NCBI RefSeq assembly: GCF_006345805.1
Contig: NC_043012.1
Coordinates: 39,122,001 to 39,186,000 of the forward strand
DNA from: Octopus sinensis
Lineage: Eukaryota
Reading direction: 5' to 3'
DNA: 64,000 nt
The position numbers and the translations under genes are program-made. Below the pieces are notes generated by a model. It was given only the letters and a program-made list of their open reading frames with translations, had not been told where the DNA came from and made no database searches. Below are positions 45,036 to 59,388 of the stretch, in pieces. Numbering within the stretch: the stretch's first letter is position 1; every line of letters begins with the position of its first letter.

Positions 45036-45420
45036 TGTGTGTGAGTGTGTGTGTGTGAGTGTGTGTGTGAGGTGTGTGTGAGTGTGTGTGTGAGGGAGAA
45101 AGAAGTAGTTTACTGGAAGGGATAAAAAGAACAGAGAGTAAAATGAATGTAGATAGACAAACAGACGTGAAGAGAGTGGGGATTTTTTTCGGTAGAAGTG
45201 GTGATATAATTAAGCGAGGGTTGCCAATGGAAAGACAAATGCAAAGAAGTGGGACAGATAGATCGAAAAAGAGAGAGTGAGAAGATATAGAGACAAACGG
45301 AGAGAGGGGCTATCTTTAGAAAGATAGTGAAAAGAAAAGTGGAAGAGAAAGAGAGAGAGCGGGGCTAGAGAGTGATAGAAAGAAATACTGAATTAGGGAA
45401 AGAGGTGAATGTGTGTCTGT

Positions 45421-45451
<31 letters not shown>

Positions 45452-46037
45452 GAGAGTAAAAGAGTTACAGAGAAGGAAGGGTACTTAAGTTGATGGAAAG
45501 AAATAAGAGCGATACAATAGAATCACCAAAGAGGAAAGTGTTTTGGAAGACATTTTTTCTGCTGAAACACGAAAAGTAGCCACAAAAACCGAGCAATTAG
45601 AGAAAATGACTCGAACAAATAATTAAAAGCAGTCTGTTAGCGGAGAAACGGAGAAGGAGACTCGACTCTATGTATAAATTACATCATTATTACTACTGCT
45701 AATACTACCACCACGACAAATAACAGTAATAATAATAATAACAACCATAATAATAACATAATAATAATAGCACTTGTAGTATAGTAGTAGTAGTAGTAGT
45801 AAGTAGTAGTAGTAGTAGTGTAGAGGTTACTTTAGTGTAACCTTAACCAGAAATTATGTTAGTGCCTGGCGAACAAACAGCAAATATTTCAATGGCGGCG
45901 AGGGTGGAACAATGGAGCTAATCAGAATGGTCTGCATTCTTATGGCTTTTTTTGATGATGATGGCAGATTCTACGAGAGACATTATTACACACGAGTTGA
46001 CGGCCTGATATGCATACAGGTGTATGCACAATGTGTT

Positions 46038-46117
<80 letters not shown>

Positions 46118-46472
46118 TATATATATGTATGTATGATAATTGTGTGCGTGTGCGTGTGTGTATATTCATGTTTGCTGGTATGTGTAACCTTCTAGCAGCA
46201 CTCATGTATTACACGATGTGTGTGTGTATGCATTATATATGCAATTATGTGACAACATAACTGCATGCATATGAATGTCTTTGCATTCAGACACCTGATA
46301 CGTATACAAGAGCATATGCATGCGGCCACATATATACATACATATATATATATATAATATAATATATTACATAGATATAAAGTATATATATAAATATATC
46401 TATATATATATATATATATATATAATATAAATATGCATATACATATATATAAAATGTATGTATATATATATA

Positions 46473-46515
<43 letters not shown>

Positions 46516-46527
46516 TATACATGTATG

Positions 46528-46580
<53 letters not shown>

Positions 46581-46732
46581 TTATATTCAATTAATTATTA
46601 CGTATATATACGATGGAAAATGCATGTATATACATATGTATAATTGCATATATACATGTGCGCGTAAATACGCATATATATATATTAAAGAGAGAGAGAG
46701 AGAGATAGATAGATAGATAGATAGATAGATAT

Positions 46733-46791
<59 letters not shown>

Positions 46792-47277
46792 TATTTACAT
46801 ATATATATGTACGTATACAGAAATGTGTATCTAGCTAGTATTGTATAAACACGTGTGTCAACGTGTGTTTTTTAGTACGTGTCTGAGAATGAGGGAACGT
46901 TCGTATAGACGTGCCTTTTAGTGTGTGTGTGTGTGTGTGTGGGTCTTGTCTCCTTATCTAACAATTTATCACAGATACTTTAAAAAATGCTTAAGCAACG
47001 CTAAATGGAAACTCAGGAAGTGCAGAAAGAGAGATAGAGATGAGAAAACAGGCAGACGGACAGACAGACAGACAGAGACAGAAAGTGAGGGTAGCAGAAC
47101 ACAGAGAGAGAGAGAGAGAGAGAGAGAAATTGATTGTGTATGCACGAGAGTATGTGTATGCTGAGACTGTGGGTACTGAAACAAGTCATTAAATATACAT
47201 CTCACCCATGTACACACACAAAAGCACACACACACACATACATATATATATACATGTATGTATACCAATCTCTCTCT

Positions 47278-47329
<52 letters not shown>

Positions 47330-47415
47330 CTATCTATCTATCTAGTTATCTATCTATCTGTCTGTCTATCTATCTATCTATCTCTCTGTCTCTCTGTCTC
47401 TCTGTCTGTCTGTCT

Positions 47416-47454
<39 letters not shown>

Positions 47455-47673
47455 TATATATATATATATTATATATATATATATATTATCTAAATGGAGA
47501 CAGTGCATCTGTACATAACAATTGGTTGGAAAATAACAGGTATCAAAATATATTCCATCATACATTTCTTTGAAGTAGTTCACAGCGACTATGTCACTTA
47601 CACATACACGCACGCACACACACACACACACACACTCACACACACGCATATATATATATACATGTGTATATAC

Positions 47674-47721
<48 letters not shown>

Positions 47722-48489
47722 AATACATGCATACATATATAAATATATACACACATGCATATATATACATAGTGGAAAGTTTAAGAAACTTCCAATGCAA
47801 CGACACGCTAAAAAACAAACATAAAATCAATATTAGTTTCACGATCAGAAAAAGGATAAAAAAAGAAAGAAGAAAATTACCGGAATATTTCGAACATTCA
47901 CTCTTCTTCAGAAAGGTAGACATGAAGAGAATATGGTGGACAGGGAAATTTCGAGAAATCTAAACGTACGCATAATCAGCCGTCAAAATTTTCTTTTCAG
48001 TTGCTCTTCCATTTTGTTCCCCGCTTTGCATTTGGGATTCGATATCTTCATGAAGAATCCCTTCAAAATAACCGTTTGATGTTTATAAAGAAGTTGCTAT
48101 CTCATCTTGCAAGTAACGCCCATTTATTGAAGATGAAATTTTCTTAGTATTCTTCCCATGACCCTCCCCACGGCTCAGCTGATTGTGGTATGGGCCGTGT
48201 ATGTGAGAGAAAAGGGATCGATTCAAGTTCGCTACTTTTATATTATTTATGGAACAAGGAAAGATTAAATGCAGTGTTATACAGAGGCAGATTTGATGTC
48301 AATGTGCAGAAAACCGGAATAAAAATGTAGGACTTTCTCCCTGACATATTACTGATTCTGCCGCCAGTGTACTGAAATCTCTTGCTTAATAACATTGTGA
48401 AGTATCTAGAAAAGTCGAATTTTGATAGCACATCCAACTTGAGATGGTGATATTCTGAACTCACTAATATTTAAAACAAAACTAATAAT

Positions 48490-48705
48490 CCATTCTAGTA
48501 GCGAGACAAAACTTGAAATTTATGGAGATAAACCTAGTCGATTACGTAGAACACTAGTGTCCCACTGGAATTTAATTTATCGATCCCGAAAGGATGAAAG
48601 GTAAAGTCGACCTCGGCAGAATTTGAACTCACAAAGCAAAGAAGGAGGAAACGCCGCTTAGCATTTTTGCCTCGCGTGCTAACAAACCTCTCGGCTCGCC
48701 ACCTT
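48490..48705 (-). mobile_element. SINE family B
   Basis: ggatgaaaggtaaagtcgacctcggcagaatttgaactc…gctcgccacc. Confidence 0.88.
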
Positions 48706-48754
48706 AACAACAACAATAGCAGCAGCAGCAGTGGCAGCAGCAGCAATAATTTTA

Positions 48755-48955
48755 ATGCAGGGCCAGCACTTCCCGGGGGGATGGACAAATCAACTACAAC
48801 GACCTCTATACTTGCCAGGTGAGTTATTTTATCGACTTCACAAGGATGGAAGTGAAAGATGACCTCAGCGACATATGAACCGAGGACGGAAAGCGCCGGA
48901 AGAAACAAAAAACACAGCAAACAATTTTGTGGACGCTCCAACGAGTTTGCTAGCT
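48755..48955 (-). mobile_element. SINE family B, old tandem neighbour
   Basis: ttatcgac…aaggatggaagtgaaagatgacctcagcg, a degenerate match to the central motif. Confidence 0.6.
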
Positions 48956-49910
48956 TATTAAATAATAATGATTATTATTATAATGATGATAATGATGATG
49001 ATGATGGTGGTGGTGGTTGTGGTGGTGGTAGTGGTAGTGATGATGGTGACTTGGTAAATGATCATAGCTGATCATAGCTGGAACCGGTTATATCGTAGTT
49101 CGTCTAAATATGGTTTACCCTAGGGTTACACAATAACAAATGTAAAGTTATGTAAGTTCAGAAGTGGTCCACTTCATATTTCCTCTTTCTGGATATATCA
49201 AATTTATTTCCAGTAATGTACTCCGTAAAAAAACCCATTTGCAAACAGCGTTTCCTCAGCAATATTGTTCAGCACAGTATCCCTTACGCTTAATTGGTAG
49301 CTTCCTTTGTAAGACTTAATACAATAGAGATTGAGCAGTGCTGTCTAGCATGGGAGCTCGCTTATTTACTTACGTCTTCTCGAATTTCATTGACAGCCTG
49401 TATAGGATAGAGAATATTTGTGTATCTACGAACGGGGAAGATTCAATATACAGCGATAATTCTATTAGATGTGCTGTATTTTGATACATGGATATGTTTT
49501 TGTGATGAATGCAGTTTAAAGTTGTGCGTTGTATGTTGTGTTAATCGGATCTCGTTGTGCTTGATGACCGTTGACCAAGGAATCGGTGAATAAACCGAAG
49601 TTTATATGATTGAATAAAGTTGATAGAAGATCATTGACGTAGAGCAAAGCAGTTTAGATAAATACACTCTTGAACGTTTGTTTATATGTCTGTCTGTATT
49701 CATGTAAGTTTGTATGTATATGTGTGCCTGTATCTATGTATTTGCATATTTATTCATAAACAGAGACAGCGATATGTATAAGTATATATGCGCGTGTGTG
49801 CATGTGTGTGTACGTGTGTTTACGTGTGTATATATGTTATACATATATATATATATATACATACATACATATATCCATATATATGTATGTATATATATAT
49901 AAATATATAA

Positions 49911-49968
<58 letters not shown>

Positions 49969-51210
49969 CAATTCTAGCATACACGGGATCAGTGAAATCT
50001 GTGAATAAACGATAAGACCTAGTTGCTTAGGCGATTATCATACACAACCGAACTGTGCCGGGATTTTGGGGGGTTTGTTGGGGGATTGGAGCGAAAATAA
50101 CTAACAACCACGTCGTGCCTTCATCTCTACCGTCATTACATTTGCTCTCGTCTTATTCCAACTTCAAATTGTGCTGATCCTTGGAATATAATACCTGAGA
50201 CTGTCTTATATACGATAGGTATTATCGCAACATCATTGGACATAGGACTTAAAGGCAGGAAAAGATGGGGAGAGAAAGATAATTCTGATATTCATCGAGA
50301 CAAAAAATTGAATCAGATCAAGTATGTACCATCATTATCGCAGTAAGTATGGAAGTAAAGAGGAACGGTGAGATAGAAAGGAAGTGACAGAGATTGATAT
50401 GTGTGTGTAAGTGTGTGTGAGTGAGTGTGTGAGTGTTTGAATGTGTGTATGCGTGCGTGTTTGTGCGTATATATATACATATATATATATATACATATGT
50501 GTGTTGATATATATATATACACACACATACAGACATACACACATAGATGAAGATTTAATACAAAAGAACATTGTTAGGAAATACAGCTTCCTTCCAAAAC
50601 CTTGATAACTTATCTCGTCATTAGATTAACTCACAATTTTTTCATTTTATTTTTCATTTTATTTACTTTCCTTTAACATATTTTTTTCTTTATCTTTCCA
50701 TTCCTTTATTGTCTGTTTCTTTTGATTTTTCCTTTTTTTATACATCATTCTGTCTTTGCCAAATATTTCCCCTTCTTTTTAGTTTCTTTTCCAAAGTATC
50801 ACCACACGAGAGCTGTGTGTGTATGTAGGAATATTAGTAAGTATGTATGTATGTATGTTTGTATGTATGTAAGTACTATGTATGACTTTATATGTGCGTG
50901 TATATATGCATTTACGTGTACCAATAATTGTTGTCTACCTAACCCTCTCTCACTCACACTCTCTCTTTCATAACACCTGTACATCCCACACACACGTATA
51001 TAAATATCTGTACACATAGTTACATATACCTTTATTGTTAAGTCATACCTCTATCCTTAAATTATACCATTCATCCTGTTCTGAATATAATCTATTTATC
51101 CCTGTCTGTTCCTCTACCAATCTATCTATCTGTTAATCAGTCTGTCTATCTGCCTAGGTATATATGAATGTATGTATGTATGTATGTATGTATGTATGTA
51201 TGTATGTATG

Positions 51211-51261
<51 letters not shown>

Positions 51262-51998
51262 GATATATATATGTATGTATGTATGTTATGTATGTATGTA
51301 TGTTATGTATGTATGTATTTATGTATATGTATATATCTGCTGTCTGTCTATGTATATATATCCATCTATCTCTCTATCCATCAATTCATCACGCACATAC
51401 ACACACGGACTCATACCTACACAAACACACACATACTTCGATGCACACCTACGCACCCATACGCACGCACATACACACACATACATGTATGTATATGTAT
51501 ATTATATTAAGCCCGATAGTTGTCTCCGTACACATACATGCAGAGGAACACGCAGACATACACACACACGTATATACACAACGGAATATCTATTTATCAC
51601 TCTCTGCCGCCTCTCTCGCCCTCTCTTTCTCTCTGCCTCTTTCTTTCTCTCTCTCTCTCTCCTCCCCCCATCCATCTAGCATCTCTGTTCTTAATTGTGC
51701 CTATATACCTGTCTTTTGTTCACCGATTCACAGACACATAACGCTTCCTTCCATGACATTCAAGGAATATTTCCCTTAATCTCTATCATTAATCCATCTA
51801 TCCCTTGTCAAATATTCATCCATTTACATACATCTACTCGGAGTTAGCGTTTTTTGTTTGTATATTAATTTTTGTTTTGTTTTGTTTCCTTAGTCTTTCT
51901 TACGCTTTCTTTTCAAATCCAGATTATCTTCTTCGGCTTAATTCTACGATTTCAACTCTCAATATATTTTGACTTTAGCTTAAACCTTTTTCTTGGAA

Positions 51999-52079
<81 letters not shown>

Positions 52080-52090
52080 TAATAATAATT

Positions 52091-52382
52091 CCCTGATGCA
52101 GTACCAGGCACTGGCTCACATGGCCTCTGTACCATGTCCTGACATGGTACAAAAGATGGACTACAGCAAATAGTCTGCTCAATACCACAGATCTGCCTGT
52201 CAGTTGTTTGACCGTAAACAGTTGAATATGTCACTTAGTGGCTGATGATATGTGTATCTCTGATTGGGGGAGCATCATAGCCATGTGTTAAGAAGAATTC
52301 TATGGGGTTTTAATAGTTCATCTCCAGAAACGGTGGTGTTTTATTCAACATCCTTAAAACAACTCATATTCAAGGACCTTTT
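52091..52382 (+). mobile_element. (AAT)n-embedded repeat, diverged copy of the CCCTGATGCAG end
   Basis: Begins CCCTGATGCAGTACCAGGCA immediately after (AAT)n; colinear with the reverse complement of 43750-44076. Confidence 0.85.
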
Positions 52383-53849
52383 TACATCAGGCAAACGTCA
52401 CCTTCACTAACAATAATCGATATGGTTAAATTTGTAAGCCACTAAATCATAAATATTACGGCATAGTTGAGTACACAGAAGTTCGAAGTCTTCCTTTCAT
52501 CTCTTCTCACACCTGACCTCCGACGAGCAGACACCACTGAATATATATATCAGTGGCGACTCCGGGTACAAACTTTAGTAACTGGAACATGTATATTCAA
52601 GCTGATTTAATTTCTGCCAACACTGACTTCAAGTGTGGAATTGTAGCCAATAACTTGTGCTTCTTTTAGTCAGTGCGGTTGCAGTTTATCTATTTTCGTT
52701 CAGTGTCTGGCGGTCGTCTTAGAGGTGCCCTGTGTCAAAATATATCATTCGTAGCAGATGTTCTCTCGACATCGTTCACACGCGCCAGACTCAGGCTCAG
52801 AACTTACAGCCCGAGTTGTTAATTATAATCGTAACAATTAAAAGTAAGCAAAATTTAATGTTTTCTTGAAACAATTAATTTCCATAGAGATTAGGATGTA
52901 AATTCCAATCTATAAAATGTTTCCGTCCATAATATTCTTAAAGAAACGAAAAATTATCCAGCAACCCGGTCTAATACGAACGAGCTTGGTAGGTTTAAAA
53001 GGCTAACTGGCCTCTCTTCTCAAGAGTACAGGCAACAGTCAGATCGCTGTTATGCACTCCGCTGTTGTTATTTGATTGCGATTATTCTGTGCGTCTGTGT
53101 GTAAAATCTGTTGCGTTTTCCAGTGTTGCTTTATTTTCACTCTTAAGTTAGAAATGGAGAAAGATATAGTGCTAGATATGAACATTGAGCCGTTTGGGGC
53201 TACAGATATTGAGGTAAGACGTGAAATTCTTCGAGCTGGTATGCAAAATCTGTCATAAGCTCGAGTGACGTTGCTGACCTGGAGTCACCTCTGACGGCAA
53301 TTTTCTTTGCTCCCTTCGCCGTCCACAGAAATAGCGTTCGTAATACTTTTTTTCGTTCGGCTTAACAGCCCTTCTTGTCTTGTTATTTGCCTTGTCCTGT
53401 CTTTTACTGCTTATTTTGTACTGTCGTTACTGTCCTGTTTTTGTTACCATTTTTACCCCTCTGCGAAAAGATCTCAAATTTTATTTGATTTGCTTTTCGC
53501 AGGAAGGAAAGTTTCTATCGAAGATACGTCTCGCCTTCACCTTCGAAACGTAGAGTAGATGAAACCATGGCGCCTGAAGAAGGGGTTTTTTCCTTGTGTT
53601 ATTTGTCCTGTACTCTATTTTTTTTTTTGTGTTTAAGAAAAATGCCCAGTTCCTTGGGTTTGTGTCTATGTTTTCGTTTCTCATTGTGTTCGACGTTTTT
53701 TTGGTGTCCTGTACTCATATATGTGTGTATATATACATGTATGTATCTAGCTGTTCCCCCTCTCTCTCTCTTACACGTTCCCTGGACAGCTTCCGACGTG
53801 AACCGGCGAGATTTCGCAAGAGACTTAACATTATTTTGAGTTTGCTGCC

Positions 53850-54735
53850 ATGGCGGATGATAATAAGGCAACTGCCTGTGCAAGAAGGAACCAACAATTG
53901 AAACGTTGGGCGGACTCTGATACAAATAGGGAATCGATTGGCGTTCGAGACCGACCTAAAAGAGTTAATTTTCAGGATGGTTGTCTTTTTAGCAGCGTGT
54001 TCTAGGGGAGATAAAGACGAAGTGATAAAACTGTTGGCTCGAGGAGCAGATATTAACACCGCCAATGTGGATGGGCTTACCGCTCTACACCAGGCATGTA
54101 TTGATGACAAAATTGACATGGTGAAGTTTCTTGTTGATAATGGTGCTGATGTTGATGTCTGTGATAATGAAGGTTGGACACCTCTTCATGCTACAGCTTC
54201 ATGTGGCTTTAATGACATTGCACAATATCTTATCAGCACCTGTGCCAATAAAGCTGCTGTTAACAATGATGGCGATCTTCCTCTTGATATATGTGAAGAA
54301 GCCAAAATGGAAAAGTTGCTTCAAGAAGAAATGAATCGCCAAGGTGTGGATGCTGAAGCAGCACGACTAGAAGAGGAAGAAATGATGCTTTCTGATGCTA
54401 ACCAATGGTTAAATTCCGATTGTGTGACAGAGCGGCCTCATGCAAAAACAGGTGCTGTTGCTCTTCATGTAGCAGCAGCAAAGGGCTATATCAAAGTTAT
54501 GCATTTATTAAACCAAGCAAAAGCTAATGTAAATATCAAAGACTCAGATAGTTGGACTCCTCTTCATGCAGCAGCTCACTGGGGCCAGGAAAGAGCTTGC
54601 AAAATATTAGCTGAAAATTTCTGTGATATGGACTCAAAAAACAATGCAGGGCAAACTGCCTTTGATGTTGCTGATACTGAACTTCTTTCTTTACTTGAAG
54701 AACTCAAAAAGAAACAAGCTAAGCTTAGAGATAAA
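53850..54735 (+). pseudogene. PPP1R12A: Processed (intronless) PPP1R12/MYPT1 myosin phosphatase targeting subunit retrocopy, N-terminal ~295 codons, one frameshift near 53984
   Basis: GCTGCCATGG Kozak start; MADDNKATACARRNQQLKRW (MyPhoNE motif), KRVNFQDGC (RVxF motif), then frame change to VFLAAC…DINTANVDGLTALHQACIDD…GWTPLHATASCG…ALHVAAAKGY…WTPLHAAAHWG (ankyrin repeats); homology stops at KKKQAKLRDK with no GT donor. Confidence 0.88.
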
Positions 54736-54780
54736 TATATGCATATGTTTTTTATTAATAATATATATATATATATATAT

Positions 54781-54880
54781 TCTTCTTCTTCTTCTATCTT
54801 CTTTCTTCTCTTCTTCTTCTTCTTCTTCTTCTTCTTCTTCTTCTTCTTCTTCTTCTTCTTCTTCTTCTTCTTCTTCTTCT
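54781..54880. repeat. (TTC)n microsatellite
   Basis: Direct inspection. Confidence 0.97.
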
Positions 54881-55362
54881 CCCCCCTCCTCTTCCTAACT
54901 TTATCACTAATACTTTTTAGTATAACACCTATGCAAATTATATAAACAAACCTTTCAATAGAAATATTTTCATGAATTGAACAGCAGGAACTGCTAGCCA
55001 CCACAGACCAACGACAATCAAGGCAATCCCAAATTCTTCCTCCCCTTCTCCCCCTCCTCCTCCTTCTTCTTCCCTACCAAGAATTCACATGAACCTTAAA
55101 CCCACAAGAGTAAACAAGAGAGACAGAGAAAGGCAGAAACAAGGAAAATGCCACTTATATTTGAACACTATACAAATATTCTTTTCAAATAACTTTTCTT
55201 TTAATTTTTCTAAATTGAATTTTTTCATTGTTACAGTTGAAAAGGTCTCAAATGACCGAAACCGGTACTGAAATGTTCCTTATAAAATTATTTTAGCATT
55301 TTCTGTCTTGACTTGTTTTTTCATATACATCAACTCGTGTGTCCCTTTTCATCCTTATACAT

Positions 55363-55399
<37 letters not shown>

Positions 55400-55744
55400 C
55401 TAGGGTACTACAAAAGCATCTGCTTCGCTAAAAATAGAAGTCAAAATACTTCTAAGCCACAGAAGAATCACAGGATTAATACAGGCATGATAGGAAAGAA
55501 TTCTTAGTGAATATTTTATTTTATGAATTTTACTCTATGGCTGTACGCTCACGGCCACCAACGATATTATTTTTCGAAATATTATCGTTCTTATACACAC
55601 ACACATATATACGTCCTCCTGTATAGCAGCTCGGTGAAAGAGGTAGGGAAAGTACTATACGTAAAAAAATGCTGGTGTCGATTTCTTCAACTTGAATGCA
55701 GTGCCCTATAACGGCCGCGCTCCAGTGACTGAAGCATGTGTAAG

Positions 55745-55781
<37 letters not shown>

Positions 55782-55791
55782 AATTTATGTA

Positions 55792-56051
55792 CAGTAATCC
55801 CTCAACTGTCACGGGTGTTACGTTCCAAAATAGGTGAAAATCCGCGAAGTGGAAGCAATACTGTACTGTAAATTTTTTCGTCTTATTTTTATATTTTTAG
55901 GCGTGAAAATGCTTATTTTATCACAAAAATAATTAAATTCTAAAAAAAATCTAAATACCAATTAGCCGCAAAAACCCGCGATATACTGACGTGTCCGCGA
56001 TATAAATTTACATGCATATACTAGCCGGGAATATTTGATCGGTGATTACTG
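55792..56051. mobile_element. Tigger/pogo-like MITE
   Basis: TA|CAGTAATC…GATTACTG|TA termini; internal repeated CCGCGA words; no ORF. Confidence 0.75.
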
Positions 56052-57157
56052 TATATATATATACATTTAATAGCATATCGAGCGTTACTTATCAGATGCT
56101 ACATACCTTTGCTCTTAATGTGTTTCCTCGCATTCTTACAGCTTCCAAAGGATCCCGCCGGCATATAGATGACCGAGGGCACGTGACCATCACAGAACGG
56201 GACGCGATTTACTCGGAAGGTGACTCGTTTACCGCTGAATATACTGGAGCAACTTAGATGGAAGTGTTTTTGCTGTAGAACACAATGTATTGCTCGGTAC
56301 TGGAATCGAAACCACGTCCTTGCGATCGTAAGTGAGAGAACACCTAGACCACTACGCGTCGCTCCTTCACTTAGAGCATAATATAACACAATATTATAAT
56401 AATATACGTAATTTCAAACCTAGTATAGCATATAACAAATAATACATTATGTATCAAGCCAACATAAGAATTAGAGAAACAGTGTAGGAAAAAATGGAAA
56501 GAAAAACGTATTTGATTAATTAATTTTCTGGGTCTGACGGGCAATTTTCAAAGTAATTTCAATTTCTGATGAAGATTGGAATAGAAGTTACGGGAAATAT
56601 TTTCGAAAACTTTTGAGAAATTGCCACATTGCTTGCTTTCAGTTTCCAATAGACGACTGGAGAGAAACTAATCAACATGGAGAAGAAATAACTTGTATAT
56701 CATAAAATTATCATTTTCATTTGAAATCTATCCAGGCATTGAGTATTTGCAGAGAAATCGTTAAATGCGTACGAATATCCATCCAATACACGAAACACAC
56801 CCAAGCATATGTGTGTGCGTGTGCGTGCATGTGTGTCTGTGTGATTGTAGAAACGTTTAGGTGTGCATTTCTTGTACTTCTTCATGGGTTTCGACCCGAA
56901 GGCTGCGACAATTCTGCGGCATGCCACCATCGTCAACTTTTCAATGGTTACACGTTTGGGGTTAGCTTTTCGTGAATGGAAGAGTTTTATAATCATGCGC
57001 TCGCTTCAGCTTCTCGCTGTGATGTAAGTTCATATGTACATATGTGCCTGTATATGTATGTGTGTATTTGTGTGTATAGGCTTGTGTGTGAAAGTATAAA
57101 TATATATATAAGTATATATATTTGAATGTATATGTGTATATATATATATATGTATAT

Positions 57158-57194
<37 letters not shown>

Positions 57195-58715
57195 CGTATA
57201 ATTAATTATGTATATATATAAATATACATATAAGTTGTCTATCTTAGAATTGAAAGTCCAAAATTCTATTGTCTACGGAAATTAATTATTTGATGGTAAA
57301 AGTAACAATATAAAAGTATATATCTCTATATCTATAAGTATATATAGATATGTCTATATATATATGCATGCATACATACGTTCATATATATATATATATA
57401 TATATATGTATCCATTTATACACACACAAACGTATATATATGTATACATATATATATATATGTACGTATGTATGTGTTTATGCATGTATGTATGTACATA
57501 TACATCTCATATGTAAAATGGAAACAATCGAGAGTTAATCTTGGTTTGTAATAAATTCCTCATCAGTCTCTTTGTAATTTACCGATATTACACATCAAAG
57601 ATGGAACCACAATTTGAATACACACACATGCATATATATGTGTGTATGCAGAAACACATATAAAAATGTGCATATATGTGTGTAGATGTACATAGGCATA
57701 CACACAGACGCACACACTCGCAAGCACACGCATATTTCGCAGACATATACCCATATGTGTGTGCGTATATATGTGAACACACGCACAAGTCTAATAAATT
57801 ATTGCTTATTTTTGTCTCTCTGTGTCTCGTTCTTCCGTTTTCTGATATTCTGCGACACAGGACATTATGTAATTAGGACACACAGACACACACATTAATG
57901 TATCCATTTAAATATACACATATATGTGCCCGTGAGTGTTGCAGTATGTGACTGTGTGTGCGCGCGTGCATGTGTGTGTAGATGTGTTAGTATTTCTTGT
58001 ATTTCCTTTATGCGTTTCTGCCTGAAGGCAGTGACCATGCTGGGGCACACCACTATCGTGAATTTCTCATTTATAACATTTGTAATAAATATTGTTCCTA
58101 TTATGTTATGTTAAACTGTCGTAAGTCCAAATTTGGCTAAATGCATTTTTTTCCAGAATTATTTTTGATTGCAATAGCCAATTCTTTTGGTCAAACTATC
58201 TTATCTCCATTTTCTTCAGATGCCAAGACATCAAATATTGTCAACATGTAGTACAACAGTTTTGCTTTGGAATGATTAAACTATTGTTTCTTTTTGCGAA
58301 AAAATAAAAAAGACTTGGACATACGGCACTTTTGCATATTAGCAACGATGCATCTAAGTGAGTCTGCGTGCATGTCTGTTTGCATATGTACGCATGTGGG
58401 TGTATGTTGACAAATGGTTGGATTTTGAGGGGTTCTGTTATGTTCTTAAGTTTGTGGTTTCGAATCCTGCACCTACCGATATATATTGTTCCTGAGCAAA
58501 CCACTATATTTAATATTCCTTCGGTCCACTCAGTTAGTGAAAACCAGTGATCCTAACGCTGATCGGGGGCGGGGGCAGAAGACTAAATACGTCACAGAAT
58601 CCTGGAAACGGGCCTAATGAGCATACGTATGGATATAATTGGTGGTATAATTACATCTGTTTGGTACAGAGGGGCACGCGTGTGCTTGTGTTTATGTATA
58701 CTTACATATATATAC

Positions 58716-58794
<79 letters not shown>

Positions 58795-58861
58795 TGTACA
58801 TAACTATAAATACATATTTATATATATACAAATATATATATACATACATACACACACATGA

Positions 58862-59041
58862 TAGATCGTTAGCCACTACACAAATTTTTTTCTCTCCTTG
58901 TTTTCTGTGTCCCTTTCTGTAGAAGAGCGGAGGCTCGAAACGTAAAAGACTTTTTTCTATTCATGAGCGTTATACTAATACATCTGTTTGTTTTGTACAC
59001 CACCTGTCTTCGTCTTTTGTTGTTTTTTTCGTAAACTCTCC

Positions 59042-59043
<2 letters not shown>
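58862..59043 (+). mobile_element. Solo 3' terminal-repeat fragment of the Neptune-type PLE family, with hammerhead motif at 58913-58948
   Basis: Colinear with 22343-22543; CTTT-CTGTAGA-A-GAGC-GGAG-GCTC-GAAA-CG-TA-AAAG; ends at (TA)n. Confidence 0.85.
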
Positions 59044-59084
<41 letters not shown>

Positions 59085-59180
59085 AAATATAAAATTAATT
59101 AAGGGTAGAAATTGATATTTATCAATTAAAACCAGTAGTCTAGCATATTAAAAAAGAATCCGAAGATTAAAATATTTATA

Positions 59181-59388
59181 TATACCAATAAGGACTGAAC
59201 GCGAAAAGTGGACAGTCAACATGCTAGATATAGACGTCAAATCACCATTCTCCACAAAAGATTATGTTCTCAAATCTTTTGTGCAGAGTTTGGTTTGAGA
59301 ACATAATCTTTTGTGGAGAATGGCGATTTGACGTCTATATCTAGCATGTTGACTGTCCACTTTTCGTGTTCAGTCCTTAATTGGTATA
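59181..59388. repeat. Near-perfect inverted repeat, ~96-bp arms, 15-nt spacer
   Basis: Arms 59181-59276 and 59292-59388 differ by three substitutions and one 1-nt indel. Confidence 0.97.

Noticed and set aside
52385-53090. Possible LTR end, primer-binding site (CA-GTGGCGAC) and decayed Gypsy pol words (VADVLS, NELGRFKR) upstream of the MYPT1 copy
   Set aside because: No second LTR and only very short peptide resemblances; needs a profile-HMM search before any claim.
53938-54945. 335-aa ORF as an intact ankyrin-repeat gene
   Set aside because: Its first ~15 codons are out of frame with the true MYPT1 start at 53850, and its tail after 54735 is microsatellite read-through (poly-F).
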